Source: Faecalibacterium sp. UBA1762 | GTDB taxonomy: Bacteria; Bacillota; Clostridia; Oscillospirales; Ruminococcaceae | DNA length: 64,000 nt | Reading direction: 5' to 3' | NCBI GenBank assembly: GCA_002314755.1 | Contig: DCHC01000016.1 | Location: forward strand, 16,135 to 80,134 | Shown here: piece after piece, positions 9,901 to 18,874 of the stretch | Position numbering within the stretch: the first letter of the stretch is position 1 | Layout: each line of letters starts with the position of its first letter | Translations under genes and position numbers: made by a program | The notes under the pieces: model-generated | Told to the model about the DNA's origin: nothing | Databases searched by the model: none | The model's input: only the letters and a program-made list of their open reading frames with translations

Positions 9901-10314
9901 ATGTGGTTTATTTTCGCATTGCTTTCCGCTGTTTTTGCAGCGCTTACCTCAATTTTGGCAAAGGTCGGCATTGACGGGGTCAACAGCAATCTGGCCACCG
10001 CCGTCAAGACGGTGGTGGTTTTGGCCATGGCCTGGGGGATGGTCTTTCTCACCGGAACCCAAAACGGCATAACGGATATCAGCAAAAAAAGCTGGCTGTT
10101 TTTAATTTTATCCGGCCTTGCCACCGGCGCCTCCTGGCTATGCTACTACCGGGCGCTGCAAATCGGCGAAGCATCCAAGGTGGTGCCTGTGGATAAGCTG
10201 AGCGTCGTGATTACCCTGGTTCTAGCCTTTACATTTCTCCACGAAAAGTTCTCGCCCAAATCGGTCATCGGCTGTGTTCTGATCGCGGCAGGCACGCTGG
10301 TGATGGTGCTTTAA
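9901..10314 (+). CDS. Small single-EamA-domain (DMT superfamily) transporter
   Basis: I prefer the ATG at 9901 (MWFIFALLSAVFAALTSILAK...). 137 aa, 4-5 hydrophobic segments. The listed 9715 start overlaps the upstream gene. Confidence 0.7.
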   Translation: MWFIFALLSAVFAALTSILAKVGIDGVNSNLATAVKTVVVLAMAWGMVFLTGTQNGITDISKKSWLFLILSGLATGASWLCYYRALQIGEASKVVPVDKLSVVITLVLAFTFLHEKFSPKSVIGCVLIAAGTLVMVL

Positions 10315-10346
10315 TCTTTTTGAAACACGGAGAAGGGAGACCGAGG

Positions 10347-10739
10347 ATGGACAAAAATTGGACCGAGCTTTATAACGCTGCCAGGGCGGTGCTGCACGAC
10401 CGGAAGATCTCCTCTGAGATATCTGCCGGCGGGGTCGCTGCTGCGGTGCAATCCGGCTCCGGCAAAATATATGTGGGGGTCTGCGTGGATACCGCCTGTA
10501 CCCTTGGCATCTGTGCTGAGCGCAATGCCATGTTCAACATGATCACCAACGGCGAAAATGAGGTCAAACGGGTGGTTGCGGTCATGGGCAACGGCAGGGC
10601 AGGTGCCCCCTGCGGCGCCTGCCGGGAATTTATGGTACAGCTGATGCCGGAGCATTACCGGGAGATTGAGATCCTGTTGGATTATGAAGACGAAAAAATC
10701 GTCCGGCTGGAGGATCTGACCCCCCACTGGTGGATCTGA
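10347..10739 (+). CDS. Cytidine-deaminase-fold protein, blasticidin-S-deaminase-like
   Basis: Zinc motifs CAERNA and PCGACREF; about 130 aa. ATG at 10347 follows GGAGAAGGGAGA. The C-terminus LEDLTPHWW resembles the BSD-type end. Confidence 0.72.
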   Translation: MDKNWTELYNAARAVLHDRKISSEISAGGVAAAVQSGSGKIYVGVCVDTACTLGICAERNAMFNMITNGENEVKRVVAVMGNGRAGAPCGACREFMVQLMPEHYREIEILLDYEDEKIVRLEDLTPHWWI

Positions 10740-10885
10740 CTGTACCCCTGTTGCAACTGCCGCAGGGTCGTTAAGCTATCCCCCACCTGCGGTTGTAAAG
10801 CTGTCGGCTGCGTATACAAAAGGACGACATTCCCTTTTTGCCGGGCATGCCGTCCGCTTTTTTTCTATCCTGTTTTTCTCCCTGC

Positions 10886-12340
10886 TTATTTCCAGTCCAC
10901 CGTGCCCACATTCTGCATCTCGCAGTTCAGCTGATCCATTGCGGTGATCCGCTTGCCGTTAACAAACAGCCCGTCCACCGTGATATCCGTGATGGGGGCG
11001 GTGTCGGATTCCGAAATAAAATGCACCGTGGGCATGGGCAGCCCCTCGTCCAACTGCACCTGAATGTTCCGGTAGGTGATGGCATGGCACTGACCGTAAT
11101 TTGCATCACGCTCATCCGCAATGGTAATATAATCATACCCCTGCGCAAATTTAGAGTTGCGAATGCGCAGCAAATGCGCCATATGCCCCGGCTGCCCCTC
11201 GTAGATGTCCTCCGGGCTTGCCTGCAGCTTATTTGTCATACTGTCGGCGTTATACTCCACCCGGATATCCCGGTACAGAATATCGTGGATATCCGCATAG
11301 TTGCCGTTGGATATCGCCAATGCGCCGGTGTCGTTGTGGATCAGATCGCAATCAATAAATGAGATATTGCAATATTCGATGGCAGAGGTTTCCAGGCCAA
11401 GCTCCAGCGTTTTACCCCAGCCGCACCACAGCACGCAATGTTCTACCCGGATATCCCGGCAGGCAGTGTGGTTGTAGATGGCCTTGACCACAATGGTATC
11501 GTCAAAGCTGCGGACAAAGCAGTTTTGCAGCAACACCCGGGAGGTGTTGGTCAAATCGATTCCATCGGTGTTGTACCGCCACTGACCCACAATTTTGATC
11601 CCGTCGATCACCACATCCTCGCTGTCATACAGAGCCAACACCCAGTTGGCACTGTTTTGCAGTACAACCCCTTCGATCCGCAGCTTACGCATATTGTACA
11701 TGCGCAGGTTTCCCTTGCTGTGTCCCTCGTAGCAGGCCTCATCCAGCCGTTCCTCGCCGCTGTCATCCAGCACACCGCCGCCGAAAATATGTACATTTTC
11801 GGCGTCCCTGGCGTAGACGGCGGTAAAGACGATCGCCTCCGGATCCAGATACACGCTATCACCGCTGTGCAGGGTCAGTAGGGTGGGAAAATGCACGCCC
11901 GGACCGAAATAAAAGGTGGCGTTTTCCTTTTCCGGCCAGGTCTGGGGCGTGTCAAAAAAGATATGCAGCGCGTTGTGCTCTCCGTTTGGCTCCAGCACAT
12001 AGCTGCCGTTTTGGGTCAGGGTAAAGGTCAGGGTATCCCCCTGCTGTACCGGCTGCACCTGCTTGGAAAGCGGACGCAAGACGGCCTTTTGGATGGGTAG
12101 CAGGCATTTGACGGTCACGGTGACCGCCTCGTCGCCGTAAATGCGGATCCAGCCCGCCTCCTCCGTTTGGTTAACGGAACGCTGATAGCCCGGCCACACC
12201 TGATTAAAGGGTACAGCGGAAACCCGGCAGCTGTGTACATCGCAGGGCTGCCCATTTACCGTGACGGTGTACAGGGGGCAGCAGTAGCTCAAGCCCAACC
12301 GCGGATCCGGATGGGCAGGTACCTTAGGCAAATAAATCAT
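10886..12340 (-). CDS. Glycoside hydrolase family 28-like (parallel beta-helix)
   Basis: NTDGIDL and SFDDTIVVK motifs. GWGKT stands where GH28 enzymes have G-H-G. No signal peptide. Confidence 0.72.
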   Translation of the reverse strand: MIYLPKVPAHPDPRLGLSYCCPLYTVTVNGQPCDVHSCRVSAVPFNQVWPGYQRSVNQTEEAGWIRIYGDEAVTVTVKCLLPIQKAVLRPLSKQVQPVQQGDTLTFTLTQNGSYVLEPNGEHNALHIFFDTPQTWPEKENATFYFGPGVHFPTLLTLHSGDSVYLDPEAIVFTAVYARDAENVHIFGGGVLDDSGEERLDEACYEGHSKGNLRMYNMRKLRIEGVVLQNSANWVLALYDSEDVVIDGIKIVGQWRYNTDGIDLTNTSRVLLQNCFVRSFDDTIVVKAIYNHTACRDIRVEHCVLWCGWGKTLELGLETSAIEYCNISFIDCDLIHNDTGALAISNGNYADIHDILYRDIRVEYNADSMTNKLQASPEDIYEGQPGHMAHLLRIRNSKFAQGYDYITIADERDANYGQCHAITYRNIQVQLDEGLPMPTVHFISESDTAPITDITVDGLFVNGKRITAMDQLNCEMQNVGTVDWK

Positions 12341-12439
12341 CTTGTTAACCCTTTCTTTTTCTGTTCTTTTTTACGCAGCGCAAGGTTGCCGTGCCGACTG
12401 TTATGTCGGCATTTTACGGCATACCGCCCGACTGCTTTT

Positions 12440-13609
12440 TTATTCGCACTCGCCGTAACCGGCCATGACATCCCGCTCAAATTCCAGCGCGGTGGGCGCC
12501 AGCGAGCCGCCCCCCGAGCGCAGGTTGGACATATATACCGCCACCGTATTTTTCAGCGGATCCACCCAGAAATGGGTGCCAAACGCGCCGCTCCAACCGT
12601 AGGAGCCGGGACTTCTGGGCTGCTCCGGTGCTTTTTGCTCCGGACATACCCGCATAGAAAGCCCCCAGCAGTTATACCGGTCCAGACCGGCAAAATGCTC
12701 CGGCAGCTGAGGGGTCGCCATCTGATTGACCGTCTCCGGCTTGAGAATGCGCCGGCCGTGATAGCTGCCGCCATTCAGGTACATCAGAGCAAAATGGCTG
12801 TAGTCCTCCAGGGTGGAGAACAGCCCTGCGCCGCCGCCGGGAAAGCCTGCCGGAAACCCAATGCAGCCGTTGTCCGCCGATAGCTTTTCCGGGTAAAGTA
12901 TGCCGTTCCGGGCATCCACAAACGCCATCTCCCGCCCCTGTTGGGCCGGGGTCGGATCATAGGTGGTATCCGGCATATCCAGCGGGTCAAACAACTCCTT
13001 TTGAATAAACTCTTTATAGGGCATGTCCGCGCTCAGCTCCACCAGATGGGCAAGAATATCCCACCCTACGCTTGCGGAGTAAGACTGGCTTTGCCCGGGC
13101 TGAAAATCCAACAGGGAACGGGCGTATTTTACGCAGACGCTCTTTAGCGTATCTCCCTCCCGGGGGCAAATATCCTCCCATTGGGTTTCGACACTGACGC
13201 CGCTGCCGATTCCGCTAGAATGGGTCAGCAGCATACGCAGCGTAATCCGGCTTTCCGCCGGTCGGCTGGCGTAAATTTTGCCGTCCGGGGTGGTAAATGC
13301 CACCTCCATTTTTTCATAGGCGGGCAGCCATTTACAAATCGGCGCATCCAGCTGCAGCTTGCCCCGTTCTACCTGCAGCATGGTGGCGGCGCCGGTGACC
13401 GGCTTAGTCATAGATGCCAGCCGAAACAGCGTATCCCGTGTCATGGCGATTCCTTTTTCCGGATCCCGGCTGCCAAGACACACATCAACCGCCTGTCTGC
13501 CGTTCACCCAGACGCCGGCTACCATCCCTGCTATCCTTTTTTCGTCCAGTCTCAGTTGATTATGTGCCTCGATCCGCCGCCTTGCCAACGCTGCGTCAAA
13601 CTGTTTCAT
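12440..13609 (-). CDS. Beta-lactamase-fold serine hydrolase (class C / family VIII esterase-like), paralogue A
   Basis: SMTK (SxxK) nucleophile motif and YGWSGAFGT near the C-terminus; 389 aa. Confidence 0.85.
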   Translation of the reverse strand: MKQFDAALARRRIEAHNQLRLDEKRIAGMVAGVWVNGRQAVDVCLGSRDPEKGIAMTRDTLFRLASMTKPVTGAATMLQVERGKLQLDAPICKWLPAYEKMEVAFTTPDGKIYASRPAESRITLRMLLTHSSGIGSGVSVETQWEDICPREGDTLKSVCVKYARSLLDFQPGQSQSYSASVGWDILAHLVELSADMPYKEFIQKELFDPLDMPDTTYDPTPAQQGREMAFVDARNGILYPEKLSADNGCIGFPAGFPGGGAGLFSTLEDYSHFALMYLNGGSYHGRRILKPETVNQMATPQLPEHFAGLDRYNCWGLSMRVCPEQKAPEQPRSPGSYGWSGAFGTHFWVDPLKNTVAVYMSNLRSGGGSLAPTALEFERDVMAGYGECE

Positions 13610-13670
13610 CCCGATCTCTCTTTCCTTTTTCTGCAGGTACTCACCGCTTTTAAACGGTTCTCTCTGTTAT

Positions 13671-13699
13671 GAAAAACTACCGGAGCAGGGTTGCTCCGG
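13671..13699 (-). terminator. Rho-independent terminator after paralogue B
   Basis: On the minus strand, ccggagcaaccctgctccgg hairpin followed by tagtttttc. Confidence 0.55.
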
Positions 13700-13727
13700 C
13701 AGACGGTTTTGGTATGTACCCTACAGC

Positions 13728-14897
13728 TTACTCACACTCACCGTAGCCTGCCATAACATCCCGTTCAAACTCAAATGCGGTTGGTGCGCCTGCACCGCCG
13801 CCGTCAGTCAGGTTGGACATGTATACACCGACGGTGTTCTTTGCACGGTCCACCCAGAAATGGGTACCGTAAGCACCGCTCCAACCAAAGGTTCCGGGGG
13901 TCAGGGGTTGATCCGGCGCCTTCTGCTCCGGGCAGACCCGCATGGAAAGACCCCAGTTGGTGTACCGCCACATGCCGGGGAAATGCTCCGGCAGCTGGGG
14001 GGTCGCCATCTGATCCACCGTCTCTTTTTTCAGCAACTCATAGCCGTTATAAGTACCGTTGTTCAGATACATCAAGGCAAAATGGCTGTAATCCTCCAGG
14101 GTGGAGAACAAACCTGCGCCGCCGCCGGGGAAGCCTGCCGCCGTCACATGGAACCCGTTGACGGCGGAAACCTGGATGGGTACCAGCTTACCGTCCCGGG
14201 CGTCCACAAAAGCCATCTCCCGTGCCTGCTGGGCAGGGGTCGGGTCATAGGTGGTATCCACCATATCCAACGGCTCAAAAATCTCTTTCCGGATAAAATC
14301 CTTGTAAGGCATATCCGCGCTCAGCTCTACCAGTGCAGCCAGGGTATCCATGCCCCAGCAGGCACTGTACAGCTGACTTTCGCCGGGCTGGAAATCCAGC
14401 AGGGACCGCGCATATCCGTTGACGGCACTTTGCAGGGACTGACCGTCCTTGGGTTTAAACTCGTTCCATTGGCTCACACTGCTGGCGCCGGTACCCAGCC
14501 CGCTGGAATGTGTCAGCAGCATACGGGGGGTAATCTGCTTATTGGCGGGACGGGTCGCCAGAATTTTGCCTTCGGGGGTGGAGTAAGCAACCTCCATTTT
14601 TTCAAAGGCGGGAATCCATTTGCTGATAGGGGTGTCCAGCTCCAGCTTACCGCGCTGCACCTGCAGCATGGTGGCTGCGCCGGTCACGGGCTTGGTCATG
14701 GATGCCATACGAAACAGGGTTTCCCTGCTTATCGCAATCCCTTTTTCCGGGTCACGGCTGCCCAGGCACACATCCACCGCCTGCTTGCCGTTTACCCATA
14801 CGCCTGCCACCACACCTGCCAGAATCTTTTCATCCAGACGTTTTTGAATATGCTGTTCCATCCGCTGTTTTGTCAGCACTGCATCAAACTGCTTCAT
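13728..14897 (-). CDS. Beta-lactamase-fold serine hydrolase, paralogue B
   Basis: 389 aa, gap-free collinear with paralogue A. Same MKQFDA start, SMTK motif and FEFERDVMAGYGECE end. Confidence 0.85.
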   Translation of the reverse strand: MKQFDAVLTKQRMEQHIQKRLDEKILAGVVAGVWVNGKQAVDVCLGSRDPEKGIAISRETLFRMASMTKPVTGAATMLQVQRGKLELDTPISKWIPAFEKMEVAYSTPEGKILATRPANKQITPRMLLTHSSGLGTGASSVSQWNEFKPKDGQSLQSAVNGYARSLLDFQPGESQLYSACWGMDTLAALVELSADMPYKDFIRKEIFEPLDMVDTTYDPTPAQQAREMAFVDARDGKLVPIQVSAVNGFHVTAAGFPGGGAGLFSTLEDYSHFALMYLNNGTYNGYELLKKETVDQMATPQLPEHFPGMWRYTNWGLSMRVCPEQKAPDQPLTPGTFGWSGAYGTHFWVDRAKNTVGVYMSNLTDGGGAGAPTAFEFERDVMAGYGECE

Positions 14898-15007
14898 ATT
14901 TTGTATCCTCTTTTTATTTTTGTGCAGGAATATCCTTCGGTAACCGACTGTGTCTACCCGATATTCCTGTCGTTTAAACGGTTATTTACCCTAAGCGGGT
15001 CAGGAAA

Positions 15008-16321
15008 TTATTCCACCCGGGGCAGCTTGGCAATGACTCTGCGCACATACAGCAGCAACCAAACCACGCCCACCGCGCTGATAATGCTTAACAGCTGCTG
15101 CCCATACAGCGGGAAACCCAATAGAGTGTTCGCGTTTTTTTGTACCGCGGCAAGCACCCAGCCGCCCAGCAACGAACCGCTGAAACCCGCTATTCCGCCC
15201 ATGGCGGCATACACACCCATGGCTCCCATCCGGTCGGATGCCGGAATATACTGAAAAACCACATTCAGCATACTGCTGTTGAGGGTTGCCTGGGAGACAG
15301 CGTAGATGACCACGTACAGCAGATAGGGGACTTTGCCCACGGCAGGGGTGCAAAACATCATACACAGATACGATGTCGCCGCGATGAGAAAACCCAGCTG
15401 CAGCGACATCGCAAACCCGTGACGGTCGGCATACCGCCCCAACGGCCGGGAAAAGGCGGCTCTGGCCAGACCTGCGCCGATGCTGCCCAGCGCGATAAAG
15501 GTCACCGTGCAGCCCATATCCCCCACCATAAATACATTGTAGTAGGCGTTGCTGAAGCAGGCAAAGAGGTTCCACACCGCCACCACGACCAGCAGCTTGC
15601 GGAAGGTCGGATTGCCTAAATTGGTCTTCAGCGTTGCCCGCAGGGTAGCGGTACGCTGCAGATCCTGCAGCATTTGGGGTGCGTCCCGGGTAAACAGCAG
15701 TGCCACCGTGTGCAAAAGCATCAGCGCAAAGATCAGACAGGCGCAGATCTTCAATCCGGTCTCGCTTTTGCCGATATCGGTAAAATGATCTATCACCCGA
15801 CTTAATATGTAGTTGTACAGTATGCCGGTAACCAGAAAGGTCATCTCTTTACGGGCGGTAAAGCTGCCCCGCTGACCCGGATCCACAAAAGAGTTCAGCC
15901 AGCTGTATTTGGCAGTATTGACAATGGATGCCATGCTGGTCCCCAGCAGATAGATCACCGCGAACAGCACCACCTGTACGGTGACAGGCAGCCGTAAAAA
16001 GGGTAGCAGATACAAACAGGCATACAAGGACTGCTGCACACACTGAATACCCAATATTGTGTTGCGTATGCTGCGCCGCTTTGCCATAAAGCTGGCGGTA
16101 TAGACCTCAATGGTACAGGAAAGATAGGCAATGGAGCTGATAATACCGGTCAGGGAATCTGACACACCCATCCGCTTGATCAGCAGGGTAAAGAACGCGC
16201 CGGATATGGTGATGCTGATAAAATACTCAAATGCCGCCTCAAACAGATAGGCCTTTCTTGTGGTTGTCCCTGGGTCTTTTTCCTGCAGGCTGGTTGATTT
16301 GTCATTTATAGCTACGGACAC
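15008..16321 (-). CDS. MFS transporter (paralogue 1)
   Basis: About 12 hydrophobic segments. GTG start at 16321 preceded by GGAGG. Close paralogue of 55881..57182. Confidence 0.85.
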   Translation of the reverse strand: MSVAINDKSTSLQEKDPGTTTRKAYLFEAAFEYFISITISGAFFTLLIKRMGVSDSLTGIISSIAYLSCTIEVYTASFMAKRRSIRNTILGIQCVQQSLYACLYLLPFLRLPVTVQVVLFAVIYLLGTSMASIVNTAKYSWLNSFVDPGQRGSFTARKEMTFLVTGILYNYILSRVIDHFTDIGKSETGLKICACLIFALMLLHTVALLFTRDAPQMLQDLQRTATLRATLKTNLGNPTFRKLLVVVAVWNLFACFSNAYYNVFMVGDMGCTVTFIALGSIGAGLARAAFSRPLGRYADRHGFAMSLQLGFLIAATSYLCMMFCTPAVGKVPYLLYVVIYAVSQATLNSSMLNVVFQYIPASDRMGAMGVYAAMGGIAGFSGSLLGGWVLAAVQKNANTLLGFPLYGQQLLSIISAVGVVWLLLYVRRVIAKLPRVE

Positions 16322-16336
16322 AGAAAACCTCCGACA

Positions 16337-18283
16337 TTATTTGGACAGCTCAAAGAACGCCCAGTTAAAGGGAGCGATATCCTGCAGCGTAACCGTCTTA
16401 CCCTGCAGCTCGCCGTCGGTATTGACAAAGCGGATGCTGCCCCACTGCTGCGCCAGATGTACCGTGGGGGCAAAGACACTGTCTACGCTGAAGTTCCACA
16501 AACCCACGGAAAGACCCTTTTCGTCCTTTTTCACGATGGTGTACAAATCGGGAGAGGCGTCCGCAACCGCGTCCAGCGGCGTGCTATTCAGCCAGCTCAG
16601 CTGCTCACGCAGCTGAGCCGCGCGTAGCCAACCGCGGAAAATACCGTGATCCACCCCGTGCTCATGGCCGCCAAAGGCGCGGAACGGGTAGATTAGGAAC
16701 CGCTGTCCTGCGGCGTTCTGGTACCGTACCACACCGGGGGCGGTATGCTCATCCCCGCTTAACATGCCCAACCGGGTGGCAAAGCCGGTATGATCCCGCA
16801 GCAGAGTTAGCATCTCAGCGCCTTTTTTCAGGCTGTAGCTGACCCAGCGACCATTAAAGATATCCACATGCTCCTTTGCTGCCGGATACCATTCATCTGC
16901 GGGGTGATACTCCCCGACAATCTCCACGCCCACATCTATGCCGCGGCGGTTCAGAATCCGGACCGCGTCCGCATCCAGAATAGCGCCGTTTGCAAGCTCC
17001 TGCTGGGTAGCAAGCTCTGCGGCGTCCCCGAAGACAATGCAGGGAACGTCTCCGGCAGTATACTGGACCGGCAGGCTTTGATCGGTGACAAACCGCAGGC
17101 TGCCGGGGATGCACCTGGCCTCCCAATCCACGGGGTCGTGCGCAATCGCCACAGTGTGCATAGGCTCAAACACCCGGACACCGACCGCCTTCTTGCTGTC
17201 AAATAGCTCCTGTATTTTTTCGTACAGCGGCATATTGCGGATATGGCGGTCGTAATAGCCGGTCTCATACAGTGCGGAGGAACTGTAATCAAACATATAT
17301 TTCAAAATGCCGTCAGAGGTACCGGCAGCCCGCATAGCGGTGTCAAAGCCCTCCAGATAGGCAGACGGGCAGGTCCAGCGGGGACGGGAATAGACGTCGC
17401 CCTCACAGAACAGCTCCACACCGGAGCCCTCCGCCCAGTTCTGCTGCATCCGCTCGTATTCGCAGATGGGCGCAAGCCGCATCTCATCCATAGCGCGGAT
17501 ATTGGCCCAGTACGGTGCGCCGATCAGGCGCAGCAGCGGCTTGGAAGCACCGGCAAAGGTCTTTGCCAAAGTCAAAGAATCAATGCCCTCTACATCCCAA
17601 GTGGAAAGGCAGGCGCAGTGGGTCATACGCACAGTGGGGTCAATCTGATCCAGTGCCTCACGCAGCCGAGCGGCGAAGGTGTTCAGGCTTTCGCCCTGCA
17701 CCTTTAACCAGGCGGTGCGGATGGGATTGGGTCCGCCGGTGTGCAATGCTTTATCCACGGTATCCCGGTCAAAGGGGATGCCCATCTCTTTTTCCAGCAG
17801 AGCCTTATGCTTTTCGCAGCAACAGGCGGGCTTGCCTGTGCGATAACGCAGACGGAAATCGTCATCCAACAGGATAATACGGGCCCCCGCCTCGGCAAGA
17901 CGCTGTACCCATTCCCCGCTCTGCTTCTGATAGCCTTCATTCAACGGGCAGTTACTATCGCCCATCAGGTTGCCGTCGATGTCGCGCATCAGGGTGATAT
18001 CCGCTGACTCGTCTGTAGAGACCACTTCACCGTTTGCCAGCGTACCGCCGTGACCCAGCGGGCTGAACCATACACCCGGTTCAATACCGTTCTCGGTCAG
18101 AATAGCTGTATATTTTTTAAGTTTTTCCAGCTCCAGCTGCTTGTGCTGCTCCGAACAGGTGCTCATGCTGACGCACAGATAAATTCTGGCCACGCCGCCC
18201 TTTTTGCAGCGCTCCAGCAACTCAGGAAAATACTCTTCAAAATAAGGATTACCGATAATAATAGGTACAGATACCTTATACAT
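16337..18283 (-). CDS. Uncharacterised 648-aa cytoplasmic protein
   Basis: Start moved to the ATG at 18283 (MYKVSVPIIIGNPYFEEYF), preceded by GAAAGGAAAG. The listed 18490 start would run through the mgsA 3' end and its terminator. No motif recognised. Confidence 0.6.
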   Translation of the reverse strand: MYKVSVPIIIGNPYFEEYFPELLERCKKGGVARIYLCVSMSTCSEQHKQLELEKLKKYTAILTENGIEPGVWFSPLGHGGTLANGEVVSTDESADITLMRDIDGNLMGDSNCPLNEGYQKQSGEWVQRLAEAGARIILLDDDFRLRYRTGKPACCCEKHKALLEKEMGIPFDRDTVDKALHTGGPNPIRTAWLKVQGESLNTFAARLREALDQIDPTVRMTHCACLSTWDVEGIDSLTLAKTFAGASKPLLRLIGAPYWANIRAMDEMRLAPICEYERMQQNWAEGSGVELFCEGDVYSRPRWTCPSAYLEGFDTAMRAAGTSDGILKYMFDYSSSALYETGYYDRHIRNMPLYEKIQELFDSKKAVGVRVFEPMHTVAIAHDPVDWEARCIPGSLRFVTDQSLPVQYTAGDVPCIVFGDAAELATQQELANGAILDADAVRILNRRGIDVGVEIVGEYHPADEWYPAAKEHVDIFNGRWVSYSLKKGAEMLTLLRDHTGFATRLGMLSGDEHTAPGVVRYQNAAGQRFLIYPFRAFGGHEHGVDHGIFRGWLRAAQLREQLSWLNSTPLDAVADASPDLYTIVKKDEKGLSVGLWNFSVDSVFAPTVHLAQQWGSIRFVNTDGELQGKTVTLQDIAPFNWAFFELSK

Positions 18284-18305
18284 TTTTCTTCTTTCCTTTC
18301 TTTTT

Positions 18306-18349
18306 TCAAAAACAAACCGAGAAAGAAACACCCGTGCTCCTTCCCGGTT
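18306..18349 (-). terminator. Rho-independent terminator after mgsA
   Basis: Minus-strand hairpin aaccgggaa...ttctcggtt (one G.U pair) followed by tgtttttg. Confidence 0.55.
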
Positions 18350-18375
18350 TTTTGACATTTTAAAAGCCCCTTCGC

Positions 18376-18780
18376 TCAAACGCTGGGGCGGACAATATCG
18401 CGCCAATCCAGATCGCCCCGCTCCAAGCCGTGTATCAGCACCTCTGCGGTGGCAATGTTGGTTGCGACAGGGATATTGTGCACATCGCACAACCGCAGCA
18501 GGTTCATCTCGTTGGGCTCGTGGGGTTTGGCGGTAATCGGATCGCGGAAAAACAGCAGCAGATCAATTTCATCGCAGGCAATGCGAGAGGCAATCTGCTG
18601 ATCGCCGCCGTGAGTACCGGAAAGAAAACGCTGCACCCTCAACCCGGTTGCGGCGCTGACCAGCTTACCGGTGGTATCGGTGGCAATCAACGAGTGCTGG
18701 CTTAAAATGCGGCAGTAGGCAATACAAAACTGCACCATCAGCTCTTTTTTGGTATCGTGTGCAATCAAGGCAATATTCAT
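18376..18780 (-). CDS. mgsA: Methylglyoxal synthase
   Basis: [18 protein letters not shown]... and the overall 134-aa match to MgsA. Confidence 0.9.
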   Translation of the reverse strand: MNIALIAHDTKKELMVQFCIAYCRILSQHSLIATDTTGKLVSAATGLRVQRFLSGTHGGDQQIASRIACDEIDLLLFFRDPITAKPHEPNEMNLLRLCDVHNIPVATNIATAEVLIHGLERGDLDWRDIVRPSV

Positions 18781-18874
18781 TGGTACAACATCCTTTCCGT
18801 TTTATGGTTATTTCCTTTTTTGGAGAGAAAAGCCTCTTGTAAAAAGTCAGCTGATTTCACAGCCACGCTGTCCG

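Noticed and set aside
13860-15254. 464-aa plus-strand ORF
   Set aside because: It lies antisense to serine-hydrolase paralogue B and the end of the MFS gene. Its composition is Gly/Arg/His/Pro-rich and of low complexity, typical of shadow ORFs in high-G+C coding DNA.
18284-18490. N-terminal extension of the 717-aa ORF. Similar extensions occur at 8260-8415, 25404-25559, 33966-34034, 34101-34157, 45237-45311, 51224-51295 and 55611-55880.
   Set aside because: The extensions overlap neighbouring genes or terminators, are Cys/Arg-rich or otherwise non-homologous, and each has an internal ATG with a good Shine-Dalgarno that matches the family N-terminus.
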